DNA from: Roseibacillus sp.
GTDB lineage: Bacteria; Verrucomicrobiota; Verrucomicrobiia; Verrucomicrobiales; Akkermansiaceae
NCBI GenBank assembly: GCA_051251855.1
Contig: JBPOGI010000002.1
Coordinates: 288,001-352,000 of the forward strand
Length of the DNA: 64,000 nt
Reading direction: 5' to 3'
Every line of letters begins with the position of its first letter. Positions within the stretch are counted from its first letter, which is position 1. Below, in pieces: positions 1-9,846 of the stretch. The notes under the pieces were generated by a model. That model was not told the DNA's origin, made no database searches, and saw only the letters and a program-made list of their open reading frames with translations. The position numbers and the translations under genes were made by a program.

Positions 1-349
1 GGAAGGACTCGAAAGTGAACCTCAACGCGTCCGCTCCATTTGTTAACAAGTTAGTTCCATTTTGGCTTTGGATGTTTTCCCATTGAATTTCGAGACTGCT
101 TTGGCCATGGCCCAAGTATTCGACATTGAGTTGGCCATCTCCGATTGAGGCTTGAGAGCCGGTTCGAACACCAACCTGACGACGAAAGAATGGGCCCAAA
201 GAAAAATTATAGGTAGATAAGTTATTAGAAGTAGGCCCTGCACTCAATGTGGGGTGTGAAAAATCGTCAATCAAAGCTGCGACAGAGGCCTGTGCGGGCT
301 GGGCAATGAGTAATAGCATAAGCCCGAAGGAGGATTTTGTTTCCCGCAT
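1..349 (-). CDS. Secreted hypothetical protein, N-terminal part only (runs off the left edge)
   Basis: Manual translation from ATG 349: MRETKSSFGLMLLLIAQPAQASVAALIDDFSHP..., open to position 1. Signal peptide with AQA site. Absent from the ORF track because truncated. Confidence 0.7.
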   Translation of the reverse strand, partial: MRETKSSFGLMLLLIAQPAQASVAALIDDFSHPTLSAGPTSNNLSTYNFSLGPFFRRQVGVRTGSQASIGDGQLNVEYLGHGQSSLEIQWENIQSQNGTNLLTNGADALRFTFESF

Positions 350-471
350 ATCCAATGTAATTACAAAGTGATTAATAATAAGCAAGGGGAAAGTGGGCTA
401 TCTGTATGAAATAAGTATAAGTCCGCGGTCCGTTGGGTCGACAATCTGGGTGGGTTGATTATGTTCAAAAG

Positions 472-1161
472 GTGAAACAGCTGTTCGTTTTCCTTTTGTT
501 GGGTGGTTTATTGGCTTCGGTGCTTTTTGGAGAGCCTTCGGCGGAGGAGGAGTTTACGAGGCAGGATAAGGCTTTGAATCAGGTCTATGGGGAGTTGAAG
601 AAGGAGTTGGAGCCTCACTTGTTTGGGATTGTTCAGAAGGAGCAGCGGGATTGGGTGGAGTATCGTGATTATATCAGTGAGTGGCAGAAGGGGTATGAGG
701 ACACTTCGGATGAGGAGGCTCAGCTGGAGATGGCGGCTGGGTTGACGGAGTCGCGGGTGGAGTGGTTGCAGGCCTGGAAGTCAGAGGGTAAGCATGAGGG
801 TTTGGAAGGGGAGTATCGCGATAGCTATGGAGGTCTTTTGCAAATCGTGAAAGAGGGCGAGCAATACTACTTTGCGTTGGATGTGGTGCGGGGGCCGACT
901 TTTCATCTAGGTATTGTTGGAGGAAAGCTGCGCGTGAATGGGAGCACGGCTTGGTTCGAAATGCGTGGCGGAGACGATGGCACTTCATTGACGTGGTTGA
1001 CTTTCGTTCCCACGGAGGATGGTTCGGGGCGGATTCGCGTTGTGAGTGAGAACGCGCAGCATCTTTGCGGGGCTCGGGCTTACTTTGATGGCCGCTATTT
1101 GCGGCTGGGCGCGGTGAGTCAGGAGGACCGCGCGAAAGTCATTTCGGGGGAGATGGAGTAG
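472..1161 (+). CDS. Secreted protein with LprI/DUF1311 lysozyme-inhibitor-like N-terminal domain
   Basis: DKALNQVYGEL...QRDWVEYRD pattern. Signal peptide if started at GTG 472, which has TATGTT 6 nt upstream. Confidence 0.7.
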   Translation: MKQLFVFLLLGGLLASVLFGEPSAEEEFTRQDKALNQVYGELKKELEPHLFGIVQKEQRDWVEYRDYISEWQKGYEDTSDEEAQLEMAAGLTESRVEWLQAWKSEGKHEGLEGEYRDSYGGLLQIVKEGEQYYFALDVVRGPTFHLGIVGGKLRVNGSTAWFEMRGGDDGTSLTWLTFVPTEDGSGRIRVVSENAQHLCGARAYFDGRYLRLGAVSQEDRAKVISGEME

Positions 1162-1236
1162 CTGGATTGGTGACAATTCAGGCGGGGGAGATGCGGAGGG
1201 GGTATACCCCGCCCGAGTTGTCACCAACTCGGCTAC
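1158..1236. repeat. GTAG-type REP doublet (inverted pair)
   Basis: gtagctggattggtgacaattcaggcgggg ... ccccgcccgagttgtcaccaactcggctac: about 30-bp arms with 5 mismatches, between convergent genes. Confidence 0.75.
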
Positions 1237-1249
1237 GGCTAAGCTGTGG

Positions 1250-2749
1250 CTACCGCTTCTTCTTAGCCTTGTATTTCTTCATCCACTCTTGGGTGGGGAG
1301 GAGTTCGCCGGCTTCGAGTCGTTTCCAAAGTTCGGGCTCGTGTTCTTTCACTCCGGCGCGGGCGACTTCGGCGGCGAGGCCGATTTCGGGTTGGCGATTG
1401 CCGAGGTCTGCGAGCCCGAGGTCGGGGAAGGTGCTGGTGTGCTGTTTCTCGAGGGCGCGCATTTTGTCGAGGATGTGAGCGTAATGAGGGTCTTCGGCGA
1501 GGTTGTGGAGTTCGTCAGGATCGGTCTCGAGGTCGTAGAGTTCTTCTTTGGTTTTTTGGTCGAGGAAGAAGGTCTTTTCGTAGTCGTTGAGTTTGCCTTC
1601 TTTTTTGAGGCGGCGCATCACGTGGAGGGCAGGGCGGTTGATTTCGAGGTAGGCTTGGTCGGTGGCCCAGGGGACTTCGGGCATGTGGTTCTCGATGTAT
1701 TTGAAGCGCTTGGTGGTGATGCTGCGTGAGCATTCGTCGATCTCGTCCCAGATGTCGCGGGCGGAGCGAATGTAGCTGCGGTAGGTGGGTGGTTCTTCGG
1801 TGCCGAGGAGGGGCTGGGCGGTAATGTAGTCGGGGATTTCGGCACCGGCGAGTTGGAGGACGGTGGCGGAGATGTCGGTGGTGAGCACGAGGTCGTCGAC
1901 GATGGTGCCGGGTTCGACGAGGCCGGGAGCCCAGATGATCATGGGGATGTGGATGCCGGGTTGTTGGAGGTAGCCTTTGCCACGTAGGTTGCAGCGGCCG
2001 TTGTCGGCGATGAAGATGACGACGGTGTTTTTGTCGAGTTCTTGCTCCTTGAGGTTGTCGAGGAGGAGACCGACTTCGTTGTCCATGAATTCGACCTGGT
2101 CGAGGTAGGCGGCCCAGTCGTAACGAATCTCGGGGGTGTCGGCGAAGTAAGGTGGGAGTTGGATTTCGTCGAGAGAGACGGGGTCCTTGGAGTTTTTGCG
2201 GACCTCGTTCCACCAGTCGCCTCGGTGGGTGACCTTGAGTTGGACTTGGCTGAAGAAGGGTTGTTGGTCCGCGCTGAAGTTGGCGGTGCTGTCGAAGAGT
2301 CCGAAGTTCTTTTCGCCATCCCAAGGTCCGGTGGGGGTGTGTTGGAAGTTGCAGTCAGTTTTGGTGCCACGCTGCATCACGAGGTCGTGGCCTAACAAGG
2401 TGGTGTATCCTTCTTTTCTAAGCCAGTAGGTGATGGGCTTGAAGGGGGCTGGGAGAGGGGTTTTACGATTGCTGCGATGGTGGTGGGAGTTGGTGATGGT
2501 TTGGTCGACGCCGACCATCATGGCCGAACGGTTGGGGGAGCAGATGGGGTTGTTGCAATAGGCGCGCTTGTAGATGGCACCTTCCAAGGCCATGCGGTCG
2601 AGGTTGGGAGTTTGGACTCCAGCCGCACCGTAGCAGGCGAGGTCGACGCCCATGTCCTCGGCCATGAGCCAGATGATGTTGGGCTTTTCTTTTTGGGCTA
2701 AGACGGTGCCGACAAGAGCGAGGGAGGCGGTGAGAAGGAGGAGCTTCAT
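1250..2749 (-). CDS. Sulfatase (formylglycine-dependent, Cys type), secreted
   Basis: KPNIIWLMAED, CSPNRS (CxPxR), ADNG and ELYDLETDPDE motifs. ATG 2749 overlaps the upstream stop (ATGA). Confidence 0.93.
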   Translation of the reverse strand: MKLLLLTASLALVGTVLAQKEKPNIIWLMAEDMGVDLACYGAAGVQTPNLDRMALEGAIYKRAYCNNPICSPNRSAMMVGVDQTITNSHHHRSNRKTPLPAPFKPITYWLRKEGYTTLLGHDLVMQRGTKTDCNFQHTPTGPWDGEKNFGLFDSTANFSADQQPFFSQVQLKVTHRGDWWNEVRKNSKDPVSLDEIQLPPYFADTPEIRYDWAAYLDQVEFMDNEVGLLLDNLKEQELDKNTVVIFIADNGRCNLRGKGYLQQPGIHIPMIIWAPGLVEPGTIVDDLVLTTDISATVLQLAGAEIPDYITAQPLLGTEEPPTYRSYIRSARDIWDEIDECSRSITTKRFKYIENHMPEVPWATDQAYLEINRPALHVMRRLKKEGKLNDYEKTFFLDQKTKEELYDLETDPDELHNLAEDPHYAHILDKMRALEKQHTSTFPDLGLADLGNRQPEIGLAAEVARAGVKEHEPELWKRLEAGELLPTQEWMKKYKAKKKR

Positions 2750-3609
2750 GGATTTGATTGAGTGAGTTTTTTGAGCCAAGCGCGTGCTTGGGTGCGGTAG
2801 GGGCTGGGCTTGTGCATCCAGAGGTCGGTGTGCGGGTGGATGACTGCTTTTTCGGGAATGGTGAAAAGTTGGGTGGTGGGGACGTCAAGAAAAGTGAAGT
2901 CGGCGAGGTCGAGGTGTTGGCCTAGGAATTCGTCCTTGGTTCGGGTGGCTTTGGTCCCGCAAACGAGGACGGGTCTGCCTTGCAGACGTGCGAGGCGGGT
3001 GAGGGCGGATTTGCGATCGCTCTTGGGGTAGTGCCACTCCTTGGCGCCATCGAAGTGGTCGTGAGTCATGATGCCGCGCCAGAGGGAAGCGATGTCGTCG
3101 TCTGCTAGGCCGAGGTAGCTTGTTGCGATGGCGCCACGGGAAAAGCCGCAGAGGATGATGTTCTTGGGGTCGCCGCCGAACTCTTTGCAAATACGGGGGA
3201 GGTTGAGTTTGGCGTAGTCGATGGTTGCTTGCCGGTCTCCCCACCAGGTGACTTCGTTCTGTTTTTTGTTTTCGGAGATGTAAGGAAAGACGACCCAAAT
3301 GAAGTCGCGACTACCGGAGAGGCCGTAGCCGAGGTTGGCTCCATTGACTTGTCCACTTGATTGGCTGGGGGCCCACTTGTTGCCGGTGTATTCGACAATG
3401 ACGGGGAAGTTGCCGTCGGGAGTCCAGTTGTTGGGCAGGTAGAGGGAGTGGTGGACTTGGGTTCCTTGGTATTCAGGGGCGATCTGGCGCACGCGTTTGC
3501 CCGCAGAGGGGGGAGCGTCCTCCATCATGGGTGGGGTGGTGAGGTCCCAAGGAGCGCTTTCGCTGGCTGCAACGAACCCAGCGAACCAGAGAAAGAAGAA
3601 AAACTTCAC
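2746..3609 (-). CDS. Secreted alpha/beta-hydrolase-fold protein
   Basis: GFSRG nucleophile elbow, YLP...PVIVEY and C-terminal HPHTD; signal peptide. Confidence 0.7.
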   Translation of the reverse strand: MKFFFFLWFAGFVAASESAPWDLTTPPMMEDAPPSAGKRVRQIAPEYQGTQVHHSLYLPNNWTPDGNFPVIVEYTGNKWAPSQSSGQVNGANLGYGLSGSRDFIWVVFPYISENKKQNEVTWWGDRQATIDYAKLNLPRICKEFGGDPKNIILCGFSRGAIATSYLGLADDDIASLWRGIMTHDHFDGAKEWHYPKSDRKSALTRLARLQGRPVLVCGTKATRTKDEFLGQHLDLADFTFLDVPTTQLFTIPEKAVIHPHTDLWMHKPSPYRTQARAWLKKLTQSNP

Positions 3610-3612
3610 AAG

Positions 3613-4326
3613 CTACGAAGCAGAGAAAATTTTTAGATCGTCCACGACGGCTTGCTTGGGGACGGAAAGGCGAAGGAGACCTTTGGTGGGATGGGCGATT
3701 CCTTCGGAGGAAAAGCTGCCTACTGTTTTGTTGTTGAGGGTGACGGTGGCGGTGTCGCCTTCGACCGAAATGGCGATGGTCTGCCACTCGCCGTTTGCGA
3801 TTTTAACTGGGAAGGACTTGGTTTTGGTTTTGAGCATCTTCTCGACGTCGGCGGGGAGTGTTCCTGCTTTGCGCATGTCGCGAATTTTGCGGTCCATGAT
3901 TCCGGTCTTGAGGTCGGTAATGGCGATTTTATTCTTATTGATGACCACTTTGAAAAGGTGGCCGGCGTGGACTTCCTTGAAATCCATATCGGCGAAGTTG
4001 AAGCCAAGCTCGTCGTCGGGGTTCTCGAGATTGAAGCGTGCTTCGACCGCTCCGTCTTTGAAGCCAGCCTCGTGTTTGACGGAGACGGCATGGTCGGCGA
4101 CCTCATGGATATAGATGCGCATGGTGCCGTCCTTGAGATCGACTTGCTTGTTGCCTTGGGCGCGGGTCTCGCTGGCGGTGAACCAGCCCTTGCCGATGTC
4201 TTCCTTTTCTTCGGAGGCTTCGTTGCGCTCGAAGTCATCTTCGAAGAGGAGTTTGCGGGTCTCCTCGGCGTGCAGGGCGAGGAGAGAAAGCAGGAGGCTG
4301 GCGGAGAGAAGTGATTTGAAGTTCAT
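3613..4326 (-). CDS. Secreted beta-sandwich (ConA/DUF1080-like) protein
   Basis: Signal peptide, LLFEDDFE start, HAGHL motif, beta-rich. First gene of a tight 3-gene run. Confidence 0.6.
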   Translation of the reverse strand: MNFKSLLSASLLLSLLALHAEETRKLLFEDDFERNEASEEKEDIGKGWFTASETRAQGNKQVDLKDGTMRIYIHEVADHAVSVKHEAGFKDGAVEARFNLENPDDELGFNFADMDFKEVHAGHLFKVVINKNKIAITDLKTGIMDRKIRDMRKAGTLPADVEKMLKTKTKSFPVKIANGEWQTIAISVEGDTATVTLNNKTVGSFSSEGIAHPTKGLLRLSVPKQAVVDDLKIFSAS

Positions 4327-4438
4327 GTAATAGAGAGTGAGGGAGTGAGGGAATGAAGAGACTTTGGAGCATCTTTTACTCTGCTCTGATCAAGAAGATT
4401 GTGAGTGAGAGTTTGCAAAGAACAAGAGGTAAGAAGAC

Positions 4439-5122
4439 TCACTTCTCGGCGACCTGAGTGCGATATCCGATGCCACGTACAGTTTGGATGAGGGTGGGGT
4501 TTGTGGAGTCGATTTCGACCTTCTTGCGCAGGGTTGCGATGTGTTGGTCGAGGGTGCGTGAGTCGGGGAAGTAGTCTTGGCCCCAGCAGGTGTCGAGAAA
4601 GACGTCTCGGCTGACGGGTTTGCCCTCGTTTCTGGCAAGAAGTTGGAGCATTTTGACTTCGCGGGGGGTCAGTTCAATGGTGTCTTGCTGTCGCTTGGCA
4701 AGGAGTTTGTCGGGAAAGACGGTGAGGTCGTGAATGCGGAAATTCTTTACGCAAGAGGAAGGTTGAGATCGGCGGAGATTGGCTCGAATACGTGCCATCA
4801 CTTCACGACGGGTGAAGGGTTTACGGATGAAGTCGTCGGCTCCGATGTCGAGCCCAGCAACGATGTCGATTTCCTGATTTTTGGCAGAGAGAAAGAGGAT
4901 GGGGATTTCGCGGTCGCTGCTGCGGATTCTACGGCAAACGTCGTAGCCAGAAAGTTCGGGCATCATGATGTCGAGACAGATGAGGTCCGGCTGGTGTTCT
5001 CGCCAGAGTTCAATCGCTTGGCGTCCGTCGGCGGCTTGCAGGGTGGAAAAGCCTTCCTCTTCCAGACAGGCAGCGAGTGACTCCAAGGTGATGGGGTCGT
5101 CTTCGGCGAGGAGGATGGTCAT
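4439..5122 (-). CDS. OmpR/PhoB-family response regulator
   Basis: AEDD, LDIMMP, GADDFIRKPF receiver motifs; winged helix ending QTVRGIGYR. Confidence 0.96.
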   Translation of the reverse strand: MTILLAEDDPITLESLAACLEEEGFSTLQAADGRQAIELWREHQPDLICLDIMMPELSGYDVCRRIRSSDREIPILFLSAKNQEIDIVAGLDIGADDFIRKPFTRREVMARIRANLRRSQPSSCVKNFRIHDLTVFPDKLLAKRQQDTIELTPREVKMLQLLARNEGKPVSRDVFLDTCWGQDYFPDSRTLDQHIATLRKKVEIDSTNPTLIQTVRGIGYRTQVAEK

Positions 5123-6681
5123 GCCGCACTGGAGTCAGAGTTTACAACCGCGAGGGCGGGTTTGGCGGGAAGGGCGAGGCGGAAAGTGCAGCCGGTTTCG
5201 GTATCTAACAGTTCGAGTGAGCCCTGCATTTTTTCAGCAAGTTCGCGTGCAATGGAGAGACCCAGTCCGGTCCCGCTTGAGCCTTCCGAAGTACTGCGGT
5301 GGACGCGTTCGAAGGGCTGAAAGATGCGCTCGTTTTCTTTGGTTGGAATGCCAACTCCGCGGTCGCTGACTTCGAGAATGAGTTGGCCTTCTTGTTCCGA
5401 AAGGGAGACTTTGCTCCACTGTCCAGAGAAGGCGTATTTTTCGATGTTAGAAAGGAGATTTCCTAGGATTTGGCGCAAGGCGTCGGGGTCTAAGAGGTAG
5501 GTTGGGAGGGTAGCTAATTCCGTTTCGATTTCGATTTTTCTGCGTGCGAAGGAAGGACGGAAGCTGTCGATAACTTCGGCCACGATTTGGTGGACGAGAA
5601 CGCGTTCTTTGTGAAGTTGGAGAGTCTCTTTTTCTTGGTGGGAAAAGGTGAGGACGTTGGCAACGAGGCGAGAGAGCCGTTCGATTTCTTCGGTGACGAT
5701 GGACAGGCGCTTGCTTGCTCGGGCTGGGTTGTGGGGTAGGGATTGGTTGGCGAGGTCGATATTGAGAGCAAGGTTGGTGAGAGGGCTTCCGAGTTCGTGG
5801 GAGACCCGGTTGACGAAAGAGACTCGTTCGCCAGCGAGACGGAGAGTGCGGCGCTGATGCCAGTAAAGAATGACTCCGGAGGTGATGAGGAAAAGAGCCA
5901 AAGCGGTGGTGAGAATGAGGGTAGTAGTGTCTCGATAAGAGCTGGTTTTGATTCGATCCCAAGCGCGAATCTCAAGGTCGCCGAAGATAGTGCGGAATGG
6001 AATGATGGCGGCGGCAGGTCCTTGCTTGTTGTTTCCTGATGAGAGCAGGTTTTGGTCTTGGAAGCGCACTTGCACTCTTTCTTCGGCTTCGACGAGAGGG
6101 GTTGCTGGGGTTGTGACCCATTTCTGCATTTCACCCTGAAAGACGTTGGCTACTTCCTCGAAGTCGATCACAAATGCGACGACTTGGTCGGGGTCGGGGG
6201 AGCGGTAGTGGACTCGATAGTCGGGGTTGGGAGTCGGGAGCCAAACTCCTTGGGCTGGAACTTTACTTCCAAAAGTGTCGGAACTTAGTGTTACCGCCTT
6301 CTGGGGGTTGAGGGGGTGGTCACGGCCTGCCATCACAATTTCGGGCTGTCCCGCGACGGGGGCGGTGACTCGGATGGAGCGATCTTTCCTAGGTACTCGA
6401 AAGACCTCAACTAGTGGAATGCCGATGGTCTGGTCTGCGACTGCCTTGGTTTCTGCTTCGGATCCGCCTAGGGTAGTACTCGCAATGTTATCTAGGCGTG
6501 TAAGGTAGAGGGATTCCAGTCGTTGGATTTCGATCTGAAGGGAGGCGGAAAAATCGAAGAGGCGTTCGCGGTCGTGGGGAGTGCGTTCGTTGCTTTCTCG
6601 GCGAGACAAACGTTCCCCGCCAACCACTGCCAAGATGGCGGCGGCGAGCATGGGAGCGAGAGTGCAGAGGATAAGGCGCAT
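5119..6681 (-). CDS. Membrane sensor histidine kinase
   Basis: Two TM segments; SHELGSPL H-box, NLLSNIEKY N-box, DRGVGI and GTGLGL. Confidence 0.95.
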   Translation of the reverse strand: MRLILCTLAPMLAAAILAVVGGERLSRRESNERTPHDRERLFDFSASLQIEIQRLESLYLTRLDNIASTTLGGSEAETKAVADQTIGIPLVEVFRVPRKDRSIRVTAPVAGQPEIVMAGRDHPLNPQKAVTLSSDTFGSKVPAQGVWLPTPNPDYRVHYRSPDPDQVVAFVIDFEEVANVFQGEMQKWVTTPATPLVEAEERVQVRFQDQNLLSSGNNKQGPAAAIIPFRTIFGDLEIRAWDRIKTSSYRDTTTLILTTALALFLITSGVILYWHQRRTLRLAGERVSFVNRVSHELGSPLTNLALNIDLANQSLPHNPARASKRLSIVTEEIERLSRLVANVLTFSHQEKETLQLHKERVLVHQIVAEVIDSFRPSFARRKIEIETELATLPTYLLDPDALRQILGNLLSNIEKYAFSGQWSKVSLSEQEGQLILEVSDRGVGIPTKENERIFQPFERVHRSTSEGSSGTGLGLSIARELAEKMQGSLELLDTETGCTFRLALPAKPALAVVNSDSSAA

Positions 6682-7508
6682 TACGGTTTAACCACCACGA
6701 CAGTGGGAGTGACGAAAGCAAACCAAACCTTGTTCGCGGCGTCAGCATCGATTTTCGAGTTGGGTGGGCGATTGATGGTGCCAATGAAACTGGGTTTACC
6801 ATGGGTGCCGGTAATTCCGGTGTTGAATCGGCTTGTCTCGAACTCGGGCATTTCGACAAGGCTTTCGCCCTGACCCCATTTACTAAGTTCAACCTGAAGG
6901 GTATGTTCGGCGTTGAGTCTGATATCGAAGGTTCGAGTGTTCATTCCAATCACCGCTTGCAATTCGAGGGTGACTCCTAAATTCCGGGTTTCGAAGGAGA
7001 CGGCTGTTGCTGGAATTATGATATTCGAGCTCTCTGAAGCACTCGCTGCAGTTGGGTGTGGTGCCTGTTTTTGGTCTTTGATGGGAGAGGCTGGTTCTTC
7101 TTTACTGGGAGCTGTTCCCGATTGGGTAGGAAGTCCTGCTGGTTGGTATTCTGTAGGGTGAATATATTCGATAATACTTTCGGAACTAGAGGTTTCACCC
7201 GAGCGCGATCGAATGACGATCAAGGCCTCTTGTTTGGCCGAACCCGCTTTAATTCCTTCTTGGAGTTTTTGGTAGAAGAGCGCATCGCTTATTTCTTCTT
7301 TTTGAAGGGCTGCCGCATCGGCGAGTGGGAGGGAGAAGGTTTCGTAGCAGATCGAGAGCACCTTTGGGTAATCTTCGTCAGAGTTATTGCCGGATGAAGC
7401 CTTGTTTTGTGAAGGTTTCTTGGCAAAAGGATCGTCGGACTCTTGCGCTGGAGCGATGGCGGTGAAGCTGATGATCGAGAGGCCGAGGAGGAGCGTGTGT
7501 TTCTTCAT
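6681..7508 (-). CDS. Secreted protein with secretin C-terminal-like motifs
   Basis: Signal peptide; EYIHPTEYQP...SFETRNLGVTLE resembles verrucomicrobial secretin barrel segments. Stop overlaps kinase start (TAATG). Confidence 0.55.
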   Translation of the reverse strand: MKKHTLLLGLSIISFTAIAPAQESDDPFAKKPSQNKASSGNNSDEDYPKVLSICYETFSLPLADAAALQKEEISDALFYQKLQEGIKAGSAKQEALIVIRSRSGETSSSESIIEYIHPTEYQPAGLPTQSGTAPSKEEPASPIKDQKQAPHPTAASASESSNIIIPATAVSFETRNLGVTLELQAVIGMNTRTFDIRLNAEHTLQVELSKWGQGESLVEMPEFETSRFNTGITGTHGKPSFIGTINRPPNSKIDADAANKVWFAFVTPTVVVVKP

Positions 7509-7584
7509 GACCTCTCGATCTTGGCAGAAAGAGGAAATGGAAGTGTCAAAGCTCTGTAAAAATTCGAAGGGAAGCTGGAAGTCG

Positions 7585-8298
7585 CTACGAAGTGAGACCT
7601 TTTTTCCTGAGAAATGGCAGGGAGAGAAGAAAGAGGACGATGATGACGAGTCCTAGGACGCTTGCGATATACCAGGGGTGTGGGCCGAGGTGGTCGTAGA
7701 GGGAGGCGTTCTCAGGTTTGTGCATGAGGAAGGCGTAGTTGGTGCCGAGGGCGCAGTTGATTCCGTAGATGACGAGGAGGTATCCGCAGATGATGAAGAA
7801 CACGGTCGCTGTGGTTTTTAGAAGTGGAGTGCGGGGTTTCCAACCGAGGCCGAGGGGTAGGAACAAGGCGGTAATGACGGTGGCGAGGTGGAGTTGGAAA
7901 AAAGAGAAGTAGGTGGGATGGGGGAAGTCGTTGATAAGATTAGGGGTGATGAGTCCCTGTAAGGTTCCGCCGAGGCCGAGGTAGTAGGCGAGTTCGCAGA
8001 GGAGGGGCTTGCGAGTGAAGAGGGCGGCAGCGGCGACGAGTGAAGTGAGGTCGCAGAGGTGAAGGGGGAGGATGTGGTTGAGATCTGTGGCTCGACCTGA
8101 AAAGTAGTGGGAACCCGAGGTGTGGAAGACGGCGGTGAGGTTGGCGAGGATGAGAACGAGGAGAGTGGTCTTCGCTGCTTTCGATTCGGGATTTCGACGA
8201 TGGGCGATGATAATGAGAACTAGAAAGAGGACCCCCAGAACGAGAACAGCCCCATGGCTGGGTGAATAGGCGGTAAAGCGAGTGGTTGCGAGGAGCAC
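7585..8298 (-). CDS. YwaF/TIGR02206 (TMEM164-like) integral membrane protein
   Basis: LPLHLCD, LITP, FFQLH, GTNYAFL and LGPHPWY motifs; multiple TMs. Start uncertain (GTG 8298 chosen; ORF extends to 8445). Confidence 0.8.
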   Translation of the reverse strand: MLLATTRFTAYSPSHGAVLVLGVLFLVLIIIAHRRNPESKAAKTTLLVLILANLTAVFHTSGSHYFSGRATDLNHILPLHLCDLTSLVAAAALFTRKPLLCELAYYLGLGGTLQGLITPNLINDFPHPTYFSFFQLHLATVITALFLPLGLGWKPRTPLLKTTATVFFIICGYLLVIYGINCALGTNYAFLMHKPENASLYDHLGPHPWYIASVLGLVIIVLFLLSLPFLRKKGLTS

Positions 8299-8439
8299 GG
8301 GATGAAAGTGAACGGGTTGGACTGTTTCGTCAGTCCATTTTTCAGAAACCGGAAGCAAGGCAGCGCGAATGAGGACTTTTCTTTCGGTTAGAGAAATCTT
8401 TCCGCTTGGCCGTGATTCATTAAGGGTACAGCTTTCGCT

Positions 8440-9432
8440 GTGCACGATACTTTAGGGCGACCTTTGCGAGACCTTCGGATTTCGGTGACGGATCGGTGCA
8501 ATTTTCGCTGCCGTTACTGTATGCCGATAGAGGTTTTCGGCCCGGGTTATCGTTTTTTGGATCGGAAAGAGGTTCTGACCTTCGAAGAAATCGTCCGAGT
8601 GACGCAAGCGGCAGTGGATTTGGGGGTTGGGAAAGTGCGTTTGACGGGGGGAGAACCTCTTCTGAGGCGAGGGGTGGAGGACCTGGTGGGTTTGCTGTCG
8701 GCTCTTGATGGAGTGGAGGATTTGGCCCTTACCACGAACGGAGTCCTTTTGGCCCATCATGCGGAAGGCCTGAAGTTGGCTGGACTCAATCGGGTGACGG
8801 TGAGCTTGGATGCACTGGATAGTGAGGTCTTTGCAAAAATGAATGGGGTGGGGGCCAAGGTGGAGCGAGTAATGGCTGGAGTAGAGGCTGCTTTGATGCA
8901 CGGATTGCCAGTGAAAGTGAATGCGGTGATTCAGCGAGGAGTGAATGAGCAGGAGATTTTGCCTCTCGTTCGCTGGGGACGAGATTTTGGGGTGACGGTG
9001 CGCTTTATTGAATACATGGACGTGGGGGAGTCCAACGGTTGGAAGATGGATGAAGTGGTTTCGGCGCGGGAAATTGTGGAAATGGTTGCTTCGGAGTTTC
9101 CTTTGGAGGCTCGTGAGGCCGATTACCGTGGTGAGGTGGCGGGGCGTTGGAGGTTTTTGGATGGGAAGGGAGAATTTGGAGTCATTGCTTCGGTGACGAA
9201 GCCGTTTTGTGGCGATTGCACGCGGATGAGGCTTTCGGCGGAAGGGAAACTCTTTACCTGCCTATTTACGGGCGAAGGGCGAGATGTGAAGTCGTTGCTG
9301 CGAGAAGGTGCGACCGAGAATGAGATTCGAGAGATACTCGGTGGAACTTGGAGTAAGCGTTCGGACCGGTATTCCGAAGAGCGTGGTCTAGTGACGGTGA
9401 AAAAGGCCGAGATGAGCTATCTGGGAGGCTAG
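8440..9432 (+). CDS. moaA: GTP 3',8-cyclase (molybdenum cofactor biosynthesis)
   Basis: LRISVTDRCNFRCRYCMP radical SAM motif, FCGDCTR..C cluster, C-terminal GG. Confidence 0.97.
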   Translation: MHDTLGRPLRDLRISVTDRCNFRCRYCMPIEVFGPGYRFLDRKEVLTFEEIVRVTQAAVDLGVGKVRLTGGEPLLRRGVEDLVGLLSALDGVEDLALTTNGVLLAHHAEGLKLAGLNRVTVSLDALDSEVFAKMNGVGAKVERVMAGVEAALMHGLPVKVNAVIQRGVNEQEILPLVRWGRDFGVTVRFIEYMDVGESNGWKMDEVVSAREIVEMVASEFPLEAREADYRGEVAGRWRFLDGKGEFGVIASVTKPFCGDCTRMRLSAEGKLFTCLFTGEGRDVKSLLREGATENEIREILGGTWSKRSDRYSEERGLVTVKKAEMSYLGG

Positions 9433-9846
9433 TGCCCGCTGGGGCTCTCTTTGCACCGTTGAAGGAACAGATTTTCTCCATTCGGGATGTTTAGTGAAGT
9501 TTACGAGCGTTTTCAGGGCGCACTCTTTCAGAGTTTTCCTCTCCTAGGTAGGTGGAGAGAGCTGTTTTCAACGGAATCCTAGTAGATTCTCGTAATGATT
9601 CGGTGAAAACGGGAGCTTTGTCTTTAAAAATTAGATGTTTGATTAGACGTAAATCTTACCAGTCTGCATTATTGTCAGCTTAACTTAATTGTTAATATTG
9701 ATTAAATTTTGAATTTATTAGGTTAGGTGGCCATTGATTTTAAGTGGGTTATGAAATTAGAGAAAATGTTTTTTGAAATTTTATAAACTGAGATTGCTTC
9801 GGAAGGGTTTATTTTTTACAAATCGGCAGTTCCAACTACTCCAAAT

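Noticed and set aside
43..243. 66-aa minus-strand ORF
   Set aside because: Out of frame within the better edge-truncated ORF starting at 349.
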